A stretch of DNA of 64,000 bases from Marinicella sp. (lineage in GTDB: Bacteria; Pseudomonadota; Gammaproteobacteria; Xanthomonadales; Marinicellaceae): NCBI GenBank assembly GCA_965230295.1, contig OZ246001.1:2464001-2528000 (forward strand). Direction: 5' to 3'. Of the stretch, positions 50,157-60,418 are shown piece after piece; the first letter of the stretch is position 1, and each line of letters starts with the position of its first letter. Both the position numbers and the translations under genes were made by a program. The notes under the pieces were generated by a model. The model saw only the letters and a program-made list of their open reading frames with translations. It ran no database searches and had not been told where the DNA came from.

Positions 50157-50687
50157 ATGAAATCTGAAAAGGTATACATAGAGTATTTGTTGTTGCAGGC
50201 TCAACAGGGTGATCAACATGCAGGCGAAGATTTATTGATCTTGTTACAGGTCAAAATCAAAGCCTTTGTGTTGAAGTTCCTGGGTGGCTCGTCAGCTGTG
50301 GATGATTGTGTTCAGGAATCCTTGCTTAAAGTACATCACAAACTTAAACATTTAAGGGCAGTTAAAGCGGTTCATACCTGGATTTATCGCATTGCATATT
50401 CAACTTGTATGGATCAGCTGCGCTCCCAGCCAAAAGCACCTGAACCCGTTGAAGAACCGAATGCGGATCTGTCTGCCTATGAACAGCAGTTGGATGTCAA
50501 TATAGCCATTGCAACTTTGAATGAAGAACAACAAGTGATCATTTACCTGTTTTATTACGAAGGTTTCACCGTGGCAGAGATGGCAGAGATATTAGCCAAA
50601 CCAGCAGGGACCGTTAAATACCTGCTGTTTACTGCAAGAGATCAAATTAAACAAAAGCTACAGCAGGAGTCAAACCATGAACATTGA
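50157..50687 (+). CDS. ECF sigma factor
   Basis: sigma2 (D.VQE, TWIYRIA) and sigma4 (E.AEIL..P.GTVK..L..AR). Confidence 0.92.
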   Translation: MKSEKVYIEYLLLQAQQGDQHAGEDLLILLQVKIKAFVLKFLGGSSAVDDCVQESLLKVHHKLKHLRAVKAVHTWIYRIAYSTCMDQLRSQPKAPEPVEEPNADLSAYEQQLDVNIAIATLNEEQQVIIYLFYYEGFTVAEMAEILAKPAGTVKYLLFTARDQIKQKLQQESNHEH

Positions 50688-51054
50688 TCAACAAATCAAA
50701 CAGGCCTTGGATGAAGAATTAAAAGGCATAAAATCAGAAAATGACCGGATTGACAGCAACCCATTCAAGCAAATGAAAGCCAGTTTCAGTGGCAAAATGG
50801 GCTGGATGTATGGATTGGTCATCTTTGTTTCATCCTTATTTTTTGTCGGGTTGCTTTATTGTGCCTACCAGTTTTACCATGCCCAAGAGGTCAAAGCCTT
50901 AATCAGTTGGGGCATAGGAATCATTGTATTGGCCTTATTCACCCAAATCAGCAAAATGTGGTACTGGACCGAGATGGGGCACAACCGTGTGATTCGAGAA
51001 GTCAAAGTCCTGGAATTACAAGTAGCCAGGATGCATGAAAAGCTCAATCGTTGA
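50677..51054 (+). CDS. two-TM putative anti-sigma factor (DUF6768-like)
   Basis: ID..IK.AL, two TM helices, KMW.W.EM..N.V.RE.K.LELQ; overlaps the ECF gene. Confidence 0.8.
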   Translation: MNIDQQIKQALDEELKGIKSENDRIDSNPFKQMKASFSGKMGWMYGLVIFVSSLFFVGLLYCAYQFYHAQEVKALISWGIGIIVLALFTQISKMWYWTEMGHNRVIREVKVLELQVARMHEKLNR

Positions 51055-51070
51055 TTGACCTTACATTGCT

Positions 51071-52888
51071 CTACAACAAAGAACCCACAATCACAAACTC
51101 GACTGAGGTGGGTTCTTTGATGTTATTGGCGGTGATTTCCGCCTGGTGGTAGTCACAAATCAATTTAGCAATGTACAAGCCCAACCCCAGATGTGGTTCA
51201 TCATTGTTACGGGCTCTGAATGAAGTCAAGGAATCAAACAGTTGATGCAGTTTGTCACCGGGTATTTGAGAACCGGTGTTGATGACTTTGAGGATGTATT
51301 GTTTGTCCTTCTCATGTAGTTCGAGTGTGATCTCATCGTCATCTTGGGTGAAATCCAAAGCATTTTGAACCAACTTATCAATCATTTGTGCTTTCAGTTC
51401 CTGGGAGCCTCTGATGTTTATGGCTTGGCAGTTTTTGACATATTTGATGTTGTTGGCTTGAGATTGGTAACCTTTCACCAAGTCATCAATCAATTGGTTC
51501 AGATCAAAGGTTTCTTTGTCGGTCTCGGCGATCACTTGTTTCAATTGGCTCAGTGCACTGAGTTGATTGAGGATGAATTTAAGTCGGTGGTTGGCATCCA
51601 ATGCCCGTTTAACAAATTCATTATCGGCCTGCTCCATTTGTAAATTTTCTAACGAAGTGTGAACGATGCTGATCGGGGTTTTCATTTCATGTGACAAGCG
51701 ACTGCCCAGTTGCTTCAGATATTCTGTGTAATCATTGATTTGACTCAGCAGGGAACTCATACCTCTGGATAAATCACCGATTTCATCTTTGGCATGGCTT
51801 GAAGGTAAAGTGGTGTGGATGTGCCCTTGTTCGTCCAGCACGCTTTGTAGGTTTTTGTTCAGGCGACGAATGCGCCAGGCCAATACCAAAGCATAAATGA
51901 AATATCCGACCAATAAGGTCAGGGCAATGCCCAATATCCACAACACTGAACGGATAAACGTTTGTATCAACGTTTGTTGAGCTGCATTGTGCCTGACGGT
52001 CAGCTCGATGTGACCCGCATCAAAGGCTTGTTGCACCCGCTGACCAAAAAAATGGCTGCCATCGGCTTGGTTTTGATCAAATGCGAGTTCATAAATGACC
52101 TCTGTCAACCAATCAGATTCCTCGGTGTCAGCTTGGTGGTTGGCGCTGTGGTAATAAACCCTGCTTTGCGGGTCTTTTAAGGTGATTTCTCCATCTTCCG
52201 GAGTGATTTGTTGTAAAAAAGCTTGCCAGTTTTCTAAGGGACTGAATAACGGTTGCAATTGAATTTGGCCATTGCTGGTGTGGCCAAACTGAACGAACGA
52301 ATCTGCAGTGGCATGGTTTATGGCTACCAGTCCCAAGCGTGTCAGTTCAGGCACGGCCAACAGCATTTCAACCTGGTAGCCATTGGCGGTTTCATGCCAA
52401 TAAGCCTGGTATGGCGAGTTGCTGAATGCTGTACTGACTGTGCCTTCAGCTTGTCTGTTGATGATGTATTTGTTGATGCCCCGTGATTCACCAGTGGTCA
52501 ATATGAAGCGATCCGCATCAGCGTTTGGGTTGATAAAGGGGCTGTCATCGACCACCTCAATAAATAGGTGAAACAGATCTTGGTGGCTGCCGAGTTTAAA
52601 CCGCAAGCGGTGATCAACATGATACCAAGGGATGTTGCTCCATTCAGCCGGGTTGCCATCAATGGCCACATCATTGCTTAACTCAGTGGCCACCAACCCA
52701 TCCAGTTCGCCCGAACGGTCTTGCTTGTACTGTTGGACGGCATTGACGATCACTTGTGCTTGTTTGCCAGCGGCATTGAGCATGTTGTCCTGAAAAGTTT
52801 GGTTCAAGGATTTGAATGCCTGCCAGACCACCCATGGAAAACTCAATGAGAGTATGGCAATGATGCCAATTTGCCACTTAAGTTTCAT
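51071..52888 (-). CDS. sensor histidine kinase, PdsS-like
   Basis: HAMP, Y..YL..L.SRLSHEMKTP, PHLGLGLYI; coupled to the PdsR-like regulator. Confidence 0.85.
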   Translation of the reverse strand: MKLKWQIGIIAILSLSFPWVVWQAFKSLNQTFQDNMLNAAGKQAQVIVNAVQQYKQDRSGELDGLVATELSNDVAIDGNPAEWSNIPWYHVDHRLRFKLGSHQDLFHLFIEVVDDSPFINPNADADRFILTTGESRGINKYIINRQAEGTVSTAFSNSPYQAYWHETANGYQVEMLLAVPELTRLGLVAINHATADSFVQFGHTSNGQIQLQPLFSPLENWQAFLQQITPEDGEITLKDPQSRVYYHSANHQADTEESDWLTEVIYELAFDQNQADGSHFFGQRVQQAFDAGHIELTVRHNAAQQTLIQTFIRSVLWILGIALTLLVGYFIYALVLAWRIRRLNKNLQSVLDEQGHIHTTLPSSHAKDEIGDLSRGMSSLLSQINDYTEYLKQLGSRLSHEMKTPISIVHTSLENLQMEQADNEFVKRALDANHRLKFILNQLSALSQLKQVIAETDKETFDLNQLIDDLVKGYQSQANNIKYVKNCQAINIRGSQELKAQMIDKLVQNALDFTQDDDEITLELHEKDKQYILKVINTGSQIPGDKLHQLFDSLTSFRARNNDEPHLGLGLYIAKLICDYHQAEITANNIKEPTSVEFVIVGSLL

Positions 52889-53574
52889 GGTTTCCAGCGA
52901 TAGCCCATGCCGTGAACGGTGTCAATTTGGTCAAAATTTGGATCAGATTTTTGGAATTTTTTACGGATTCGCTTGATGTGTGAAGTGATGGTGCTGTCAT
53001 CGACAAACACATTGGCATCTTGCATCAACTGATCTCTGGTCTTAACCTGGCCGGGGTAGCGGGCCAATGATTGCACCATCCAGAATTCAGTGACAGTGAG
53101 GTCAATCAGGTTTTTTTGCCAGAATATTTGTAAGTTGTCGATTTTGATCATCAAATCACCTTGTTCAATCGCTGCATCAGTGGCCCCAGTCTGCGAGGCC
53201 TCTTGGCGTCTGAACAAACTGGCAATTCGTGCCAGTAAATGTGGCATTGATATGTCCTTGCTTAAGTAGTCATCGGCACCCAATCGTAAGCCTGAGACCA
53301 CATCAATTTCATCGTCTCTGGCGGTGAGCATCAATACGGGCAAGGTGGCCGACTGTTGGCGTAACATTTGGCATAAATGAAATCCTGCATCGGGTTGGTG
53401 GCCCAGACCCACATCCAATATCACCAGATCTGGCAAGGATTGAGTGAAGTAGGCTTCGGCAGAGGCCTGATCGCTGATGCCTTTGGTTTGGTAGCCTTGT
53501 TTTTCTAAAGTGGCTTGGTAGTTGGCAAGTAAGTCGGCCTCATCTTCTACGATCACTATTTGTTTTGCTTTCAT
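52885..53574 (-). CDS. pdsR: response regulator of the proteobacterial dedicated sortase system type
   Basis: SGLRLGADDYL.KDIS.PHL.ARI..LFRR, LTVTEFW, VDDSTITSHIKRIRKKF, TV.GMGYRW. Confidence 0.85.
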   Translation of the reverse strand: MKAKQIVIVEDEADLLANYQATLEKQGYQTKGISDQASAEAYFTQSLPDLVILDVGLGHQPDAGFHLCQMLRQQSATLPVLMLTARDDEIDVVSGLRLGADDYLSKDISMPHLLARIASLFRRQEASQTGATDAAIEQGDLMIKIDNLQIFWQKNLIDLTVTEFWMVQSLARYPGQVKTRDQLMQDANVFVDDSTITSHIKRIRKKFQKSDPNFDQIDTVHGMGYRWKP

Positions 53575-53770
53575 GTTGTGTTGGTTTTTATTGAGAAAAG
53601 TAAATTATTTATAACTTTAGTGGTCAAACATTCGATTCTGTGGCAATCATTGTATAATGTTCTCCCATCAATTTAAATCAATGCATGGTGGTTAGGATAA
53701 TTTTGCTTGCTGTTGCATTTGATTGAATAAACTTACCTATTGAGCGATTATCTGGAGTCACTGACTGAGC

Positions 53771-56254
53771 ATGAGGAAGTTCTTAAAATTTATCTGGTTT
53801 ATGACCAAGTTGGGCCTGTTTTTTGCGGTGCTTGGGGTGGTGTTGATTTATGCCTTGTATAAACATTATGAGCCAGAATTACCATCAGTTGATGCCATTA
53901 AAGAGTATCGCCTACAGGTACCTTTGCGGGTTTTTACCGAGGATGGTAAGCTGATATCCGTATTTGGTACCAAAAAACGCATCCCCGTTTCCATTGATGA
54001 AATTCCGCTGCAAGTCAAGCAAGCTTATATCGCGGCTGAAGATGCCAGCTTTTATTCTCACCCAGGGTTTGACATCAAAGGCATCATGCGTGCAGTGTGG
54101 CAAATAGTGACCACCGGGAAAAAGCAGGGCGGTGGTTCAACCATCACCCAACAACTGACTCGAAATGTGTTTTTGACCTTGGATCAAACCTGGACTCGAA
54201 AAATAAAAGAATTGTTTTTAGCCGTTAAATTAGAACGCACCATTTCGAAAGATGAAATCCTCGAGCTGTACCTGAATAAAATTGCTTTGGGGCATCGGTC
54301 ATACGGCGTTGCCGCTGCTGCTGAAGTGTATTATGGCAAGACATTGGATGAGTTAACTTTGGCCCAAGCTGCCATGTTGGCTGCACCACCCAAAGCACCT
54401 TCACGCATCAATCCTGTCACCAGCCCGGAACGGGCCTTACAACGCCGGGATTATGTATTAGGCCGAATGCTGGATTTGGGCTTTATTACCCAACAACAGC
54501 ATGACGAAGCGGTGGCAGAAGAAGATGAAGCCTATGTTCATGAACCTGTGGTTGAGGTCAATGCACCCTGGGTGGCAGAAATGGTTCGTACCCAAATGAT
54601 TGAACAGTATGGTGATGATGCCTATACCGATGGTTACAATGTGGTCACCACCATCCATTCAGAAAAGCAACTGGCTGCAGAGGCGGCTTTACAAGCGGGC
54701 TTGCATGCTTATGACCGCCGTCATGGTTACCGTGGTCCGATTGAACAATATGATTTGAGTCAGATTCTTGCCTCTGAATCTGTGGCAGAAGCTTCTGCAT
54801 CAGGTGAAATTCAAAATCTGGAAACCATCACTGAAGCATTGAATGGTTTTCCCAAGCCTGCAGGTTTACAAGCAGCATTGGTGCTTGAAGTGGATGAAGC
54901 CAATGCTGTAGCTAGATTGGGTGACGGGCAGGATGTGGCTCTGAATTTTGAGACCAGTCAATGGGCTGTGCCATACATCGACAACTACAAAGTGGGCAAT
55001 AAGCCAAAAGATTTGACTGAAATCTTGAAAGTGGGTGATGTGGTGATGGTCAAGCGTGGTGAGACTGGCGAATTCGAACTCAGCCAAATTCCCAGTGTGC
55101 AAGGGGCGCTGGTCAGTATGCACCCTGATGATGGCAGTATCTATGCACTGGTCGGTGGTTTCGATTATTACCTGAGTAAGTTCAACCGGGCCACACAGGC
55201 CAAAAGGCAACCAGGTTCTGGCTTTAAGCCGATTGTGTATTCAGGTGCCCTGGAACATGGATTGCATGCGTCCAGTATCATCAATGATGCCCCGATCGTC
55301 TTTGAAGACGATCAACTGGAGCGCACTTGGCGACCTGAGAATTACAGTGAGAAATTTTTTGGTCCAACTCGGCTGCGGGAAGGTATTGTCAGTTCCAGAA
55401 ATTTAGTTTCGATCCGGGTTTTGCGTCAGATTGGCATCCGCAATGGCAGGAACCACATCTTGAATTTCGGTTTCAACCCTGATGATGTGCCTGCAGACTT
55501 GTCCATCGCATTGGGCAGTCCCAATGTGCCCATTGTCGACATGAGCAGGGCCTTTTCTGTGTTTGCCAATGGTGGCTATTTGATCGAGCCTCATTTAATC
55601 AAAAGCATCACCAACCAGGCGGGTGATACCGTCTACCGTTATCAGGGCGTTCAAGTTTGTCCTGGTTGTGATCAAAATCAAGTCAATACAACTGATGAAT
55701 CGGGTGAATTTACCGGTGACTTAAGTGTTGAAAACACAGATTGGACCACACCCATTGATCCGGAAGCGCCACTGCCCATCAAGCCTGCACCTCAAGTGAT
55801 TCCACCGGAAAACCAATTCATCATAGAATCATTCATGCAAGATGTGGTTAAACGCGGAACCGGGACCAAAGCACTGGTGCTTGAACGCAGTGACTTGGCA
55901 GGAAAAACCGGTACCACCAATGATCAAATGGATGGCTGGTTTAATGGTTACCAACGCAATGTAGTGACCAATGTGTGGGTGGGTTTTGATACCCCGCAGC
56001 CCATGGGTCGTGGAGAAGTGGGTGGTCGAGTGGCTTTGCCCATCTGGATTGATTATATGCGGGTTGCCTTGGCCGATGAGCCCATCTACCAAAGACCGGT
56101 ACCTCCAGGATTGATTTCCGCTAAAGTGAACCGCACCACCGGTAAGCTTTTGCAGCCAGGAGACACCAATGGCTTACTGGAATACTTCAAAGTGGGTCAT
56201 TTGCCAGAAGATGATAAAACCGAGGAAGACGTTGATTACGACGACCTGTTCTGA
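53771..56254 (+). CDS. mrcA: penicillin-binding protein 1A
   Basis: AEDASF, GGSTITQQL, RKIKE, SxxK (PGSGFKP), SRN, KTGT. Confidence 0.95.
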   Translation: MRKFLKFIWFMTKLGLFFAVLGVVLIYALYKHYEPELPSVDAIKEYRLQVPLRVFTEDGKLISVFGTKKRIPVSIDEIPLQVKQAYIAAEDASFYSHPGFDIKGIMRAVWQIVTTGKKQGGGSTITQQLTRNVFLTLDQTWTRKIKELFLAVKLERTISKDEILELYLNKIALGHRSYGVAAAAEVYYGKTLDELTLAQAAMLAAPPKAPSRINPVTSPERALQRRDYVLGRMLDLGFITQQQHDEAVAEEDEAYVHEPVVEVNAPWVAEMVRTQMIEQYGDDAYTDGYNVVTTIHSEKQLAAEAALQAGLHAYDRRHGYRGPIEQYDLSQILASESVAEASASGEIQNLETITEALNGFPKPAGLQAALVLEVDEANAVARLGDGQDVALNFETSQWAVPYIDNYKVGNKPKDLTEILKVGDVVMVKRGETGEFELSQIPSVQGALVSMHPDDGSIYALVGGFDYYLSKFNRATQAKRQPGSGFKPIVYSGALEHGLHASSIINDAPIVFEDDQLERTWRPENYSEKFFGPTRLREGIVSSRNLVSIRVLRQIGIRNGRNHILNFGFNPDDVPADLSIALGSPNVPIVDMSRAFSVFANGGYLIEPHLIKSITNQAGDTVYRYQGVQVCPGCDQNQVNTTDESGEFTGDLSVENTDWTTPIDPEAPLPIKPAPQVIPPENQFIIESFMQDVVKRGTGTKALVLERSDLAGKTGTTNDQMDGWFNGYQRNVVTNVWVGFDTPQPMGRGEVGGRVALPIWIDYMRVALADEPIYQRPVPPGLISAKVNRTTGKLLQPGDTNGLLEYFKVGHLPEDDKTEEDVDYDDLF

Positions 56255-56377
56255 GTCCAATCAGGACAATCGAGTGACTGTAGGCTGAATGGCTGTTTTT
56301 CTGAAATACCAACCAGGCCTCAGAATTCATGTTTTCCAAGTGGTAGAATAGACATCAATAAGTATTGTGTGTCTGTG

Positions 56378-56941
56378 ATGTCAATGGGTCAAATAACAAC
56401 ATTATTGAATCAAGCCAGCTTGGGTGATAAGCAGGTGCTCAATGACGTTTATGCATTACTGTATTCTGAAATCAAGGCCATTGCAGGCTTTCAACTGCAA
56501 CAACTGAATACAGGTCAGACCATTACACCCACCGTTTTGGCTCATGAATGTTACATCAAACTGTCACAAGCGGAAAACATTCCCATTGAAAACAAACGGC
56601 ATTTTTTGAACTGTTTGGCCAAAACCATGCGCATGTATTTGATTGATGCTTTGCGCGCCAAATCAAGTCAAAAGCGCAAAGGCCAAATGGCAGGTGGCAT
56701 CACTGAATGTGTGGGCGATGATGACGTGTCTTTCAGGTTGTTAGAGATTGATTTGATCTTGGATCAAATAGCTGAAATCGATGAAAAATTGGCTGAAATT
56801 CTACAGCATAAAATTATTTTCAATTTAACTTTCAAAGAAATGGCAGTGGTGATGTCATTGTCTGAACGTCAAGTCATGCGGTTGTGGAAGCAGGGCAAGG
56901 CTTTGTTGATGGCGATGCTGCAGGAAAAAAGTGATGACTGA
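56378..56941 (+). CDS. ECF sigma factor of the kinase-associated type
   Basis: IT.LL, T..PT.L.HE.Y.KL, HF....A..MR..LID..R....KR, SER.V.R.W. Confidence 0.88.
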   Translation: MSMGQITTLLNQASLGDKQVLNDVYALLYSEIKAIAGFQLQQLNTGQTITPTVLAHECYIKLSQAENIPIENKRHFLNCLAKTMRMYLIDALRAKSSQKRKGQMAGGITECVGDDDVSFRLLEIDLILDQIAEIDEKLAEILQHKIIFNLTFKEMAVVMSLSERQVMRLWKQGKALLMAMLQEKSDD

Positions 56942-59807
56942 AATAAACCTAGAGTTATGGAAGCAGGCCAATCGGGTTTACGCCCAATTGATGGACCTCA
57001 CCGTTTCTGACGCTTTGTCTCAATTGAGCCAAATGGAATCACTGGATGATGAGGTCAAAAGCCTCATTTTGACACTGATCAGTTCAGGCAACCAACCCAG
57101 TCAATATTTTAAGCAACACATCAGTGCCAATTTTCAGTTGGATGAGTGGTTGGAAAAAGATTTCAAAATAGGTGAAGAGGTCGGCGGCTATGAACTGCTG
57201 GAAGAGCTGGGTGTCGGCGGGATGGCCAAAGTCTATAAAGCCCGAAAACTCGATGTTGATTCTCAAAAACTGGTGGCAATGAAGCTGTTCAATCATCAAG
57301 CCTTGTCATCCATTATGGTGAACCGATTTGCAGTGGAACAGGACATTCTGGCTGGTTTAACCCACCCCAACATCGTCAACATGCACCATGGAGGTACCAG
57401 TAATCAGGGTGTGCCTTATATTGTCATGGAATTGATTGATCAAGCCACAGACATAGACAAGTATTCAAAAGCGAATAAAGCTTCTACTAAACAAAAGATC
57501 AGGTGGATCATAGATGCGGCCAGAGCGATTGCTTATGCCCACAATAACTTAATTGTTCATCGGGATATCAAGCCGTCTAATATTTTAATTGATGCTGCAG
57601 GGCAATTGAAAGTGGTTGATTTCGGTATCGCTAAATTAATAACCAAAGAAGAAGCGCCCCAGAAAACCACCATCATGGCTTTGACACCATCATTTGCGGC
57701 TCCGGAGCAGATCAATTCAGGAACCATATCTGTGACCACCGATGTGTTTTCTTTGGCAGCAGTGTGTTTGGCATTACTCATTGAAGAATTGCCGTTACCT
57801 GCTGATCGTTTGTTGAAATCATGCGCTGATGATGAGGTGCATATTTGGCAAACTTTGAAAAGCCAGATTAATGACAAAGACCTGCGCAATATATTGAATC
57901 AGGCACTGCAGCAAGACCCGCATAAACGATACAGGAACATGGATCTCTTTGCAGATGATCTTGATGCCTGGCTGGCAAAAAAACCTGTCATGGCTACACC
58001 GGATTCATGGGCATACAGAATCAATAAATTTGCCAAACGAAGAAGTGCCTTGTTTGCCACCATATTGACTTTGGTATTGACGCTGGCATTATCTGTGGTG
58101 GTGTTGTCATGGCAATACAACAAGACTGCAAAAGAAGCTCAAAAAGCACTTGAAGTTAAAAATTTCATGCTCAACGTGTTTTCTGTAACAAACCCCGATG
58201 AGAGCCAGGGTGAGTCAGTTTCTGCCCTTGATCTGTTACAACGTGCGAGGGTCGATATCGAATCTACCTACCAATCTGATCCAAAGTTAAAAGCTGAGTT
58301 GATGTTGGCCATCGGTACGGCTTTTTTCCACGTAGGGGACTGGCAGGAAGCACAGTCCATATTGGCTGAAGTCTATGCATTAGAGCCTGATAACATCGAA
58401 GCCGTATTGGCTTATGGTGAGGTTTTGGTGGCTTTGAAGCAGGCTTTGCAACTGGATGTCTTGATCAGTGCAAACGAATCTTTACTGAACCCTGAAATTG
58501 ATTCTCGATTTCAGGCGCGAACGCTGCGTTTGTTGGCAGCGCAAAAAATATTTTCAGGCGAGCTTGATCTGGCCTATGAATATTTGGAAAAAGGCAAACT
58601 GATTGATCTACAAAACCAGCAATACCCATCATTGATGGCTACAGTGACGGACATGGTTAAGTTGGCCTATGAGCAATCTGAATACAATCGAGGCATTCAG
58701 ATGGCAGAGCAGGCAATCGCCAGTTATGAACAACATTTTCCACCGTCCAGTACTGCCATCATGAAACTTAAAAATGAATTATCGGTGCTGTATACCAAAA
58801 CGGGTCAATTTGAAAAGTCACAACAGGTTCTGGAACAAATGCTTGAATTGGAACAACAATACTTAGGTGATGAGCATCCAGACACCATCAAGACCATGGT
58901 CAGTTTGTCAGAAAGTTATTATTCTCTTGGCCAACTGGAATTAGCCAGGGACATGGCAACCCAAGCTCATGAATCAACAGCAGCCAAATTTGGAGCCTCA
59001 CATCCTAAGGTGATTGAGGCTTTGAATGGCTTGGCAACTGTGGTTTTTGTGCAAGGGGATTATGAAGATGCATTAAATATCATGACCAAGGCCATAGCCA
59101 TCAGTGCAACAGCATTTGGCGAAGATCATTCAGATACGTTGATATTAAAACGAAATTATGCCACAGCATTGGGCGCATTGAGACGAAATGAAGAGGCCAA
59201 GGCCGTGTTGTTAGATGTGCTTGATAAACAGCGCGAAGCCTTGGGTGAAGATCACACAGAAACTTTGTATGCCAAGCTTTCAGTGGTGCGGGTGCTTGGT
59301 GACTTAGGTGAACATGATGAAGCTGTGAAGATGGGAAAAGAGGTCATGGCTACTTTTGCAGAGGACCCGGATCGAACCGGACCGATCAGATCCAATGCCA
59401 TGTACGCCATGGGCATGGCGTACTTCAACGCTGAAATGTTTGATCAAGCGATCAAGCAATTCAAAGCCATTGAAGAGCAAAACATTGAATCTGAGGAAAC
59501 AGCCAACTTCATGATTATGTGCAAAACACTGTCTCGCAGCTTCTTGGCTGTTAAAGACCACGTGCAGGCAGAATTTTATGCCAGAAGGGCATTGGTTTTG
59601 TCAGAAAAATTGTTTGGTGCGGATAACATCAGAACCACTAAAATGAAGCTGTTGCTCAGTCAAATTTTGCTTGATTCTGGACAAGTGGAATTGGCTGCAG
59701 AGTTGCTTGTTGAGGTCAGGGCTTTGGTGACTGCTGGTGAAGATCGTGACCGACAACAGATGTTATCCAGGGTCCAGGAGCTTGAGGCAAAAATCCAAAG
59801 TGAATGA
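56934..59807 (+). CDS. Ser/Thr protein kinase with TM helix and TPR repeats
   Basis: GVGGM, HRDIKPSN, DFG, APEQ; repeated G..H..T TPR-like motifs. Confidence 0.92.
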   Translation: MTEINLELWKQANRVYAQLMDLTVSDALSQLSQMESLDDEVKSLILTLISSGNQPSQYFKQHISANFQLDEWLEKDFKIGEEVGGYELLEELGVGGMAKVYKARKLDVDSQKLVAMKLFNHQALSSIMVNRFAVEQDILAGLTHPNIVNMHHGGTSNQGVPYIVMELIDQATDIDKYSKANKASTKQKIRWIIDAARAIAYAHNNLIVHRDIKPSNILIDAAGQLKVVDFGIAKLITKEEAPQKTTIMALTPSFAAPEQINSGTISVTTDVFSLAAVCLALLIEELPLPADRLLKSCADDEVHIWQTLKSQINDKDLRNILNQALQQDPHKRYRNMDLFADDLDAWLAKKPVMATPDSWAYRINKFAKRRSALFATILTLVLTLALSVVVLSWQYNKTAKEAQKALEVKNFMLNVFSVTNPDESQGESVSALDLLQRARVDIESTYQSDPKLKAELMLAIGTAFFHVGDWQEAQSILAEVYALEPDNIEAVLAYGEVLVALKQALQLDVLISANESLLNPEIDSRFQARTLRLLAAQKIFSGELDLAYEYLEKGKLIDLQNQQYPSLMATVTDMVKLAYEQSEYNRGIQMAEQAIASYEQHFPPSSTAIMKLKNELSVLYTKTGQFEKSQQVLEQMLELEQQYLGDEHPDTIKTMVSLSESYYSLGQLELARDMATQAHESTAAKFGASHPKVIEALNGLATVVFVQGDYEDALNIMTKAIAISATAFGEDHSDTLILKRNYATALGALRRNEEAKAVLLDVLDKQREALGEDHTETLYAKLSVVRVLGDLGEHDEAVKMGKEVMATFAEDPDRTGPIRSNAMYAMGMAYFNAEMFDQAIKQFKAIEEQNIESEETANFMIMCKTLSRSFLAVKDHVQAEFYARRALVLSEKLFGADNIRTTKMKLLLSQILLDSGQVELAAELLVEVRALVTAGEDRDRQQMLSRVQELEAKIQSE

Positions 59808-60375
59808 ATTGATATTGGCTTCTTCCTCTCGGTACCGTGCCGAATCGTTGCGCCGCTTTAATGTGCCATTTGTTGCGATCAATCCTGATATCGATGAAAC
59901 TCAGCAGGCGGGCGAATCTCCGCAACAATTGGTTGTGCGTCTGGCGGAAGAAAAGGCTCGGGCCGTTTCACAGAACCATCCTCAAACCACTGTCATTGGT
60001 TCAGACCAAGTGTGTTCGTTTGCTGGAAAGACCTGTGGCAAGCCGCACACCAAGGACAACGCAGTTAAACAGCTGCAATTATTTTCTGACAATTGTATCG
60101 ATTTCTTTACAGGCTTATGTGTGATCACTGCTGATGGCGCAGTCATGACCCATGTGGATCATACAGTGGTTGAGTTTCGACGGTTGCAGACAGAAGAAAT
60201 AAACCGCTATGTTGATACTGAGCAACCTCTGGATTGTGCGGGTTCATTCAAGACGGAATCTTTGGGCCTAAGTTTATTCAAGTCCATCCATTCTTCTGAT
60301 CCCAGTGCTTTGATTGGTCTGCCGTTGATCAAGTTGGGGTCGTATTTACGGATGGCAGGTTATGCCATACCCTGA
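59800..60375 (+). CDS. Maf family nucleotide pyrophosphatase (YceF-like)
   Basis: LILASSSRYR, IDET, IGSDQV, GKP, CAGSFK.E.LG, LIGLPL. Confidence 0.93.
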   Translation: MNELILASSSRYRAESLRRFNVPFVAINPDIDETQQAGESPQQLVVRLAEEKARAVSQNHPQTTVIGSDQVCSFAGKTCGKPHTKDNAVKQLQLFSDNCIDFFTGLCVITADGAVMTHVDHTVVEFRRLQTEEINRYVDTEQPLDCAGSFKTESLGLSLFKSIHSSDPSALIGLPLIKLGSYLRMAGYAIP

Positions 60376-60401
60376 ATTGTAAGCACAATTCAAGGTATGG
60401 C
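60364..60401. terminator. hairpin between convergent genes
   Basis: GCCATACCCTGAATTGT-AAGC-ACAATTCAAGGTATGGC. Confidence 0.75.
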
Positions 60402-60418
60402 CAGTAGTTATTAAACGA

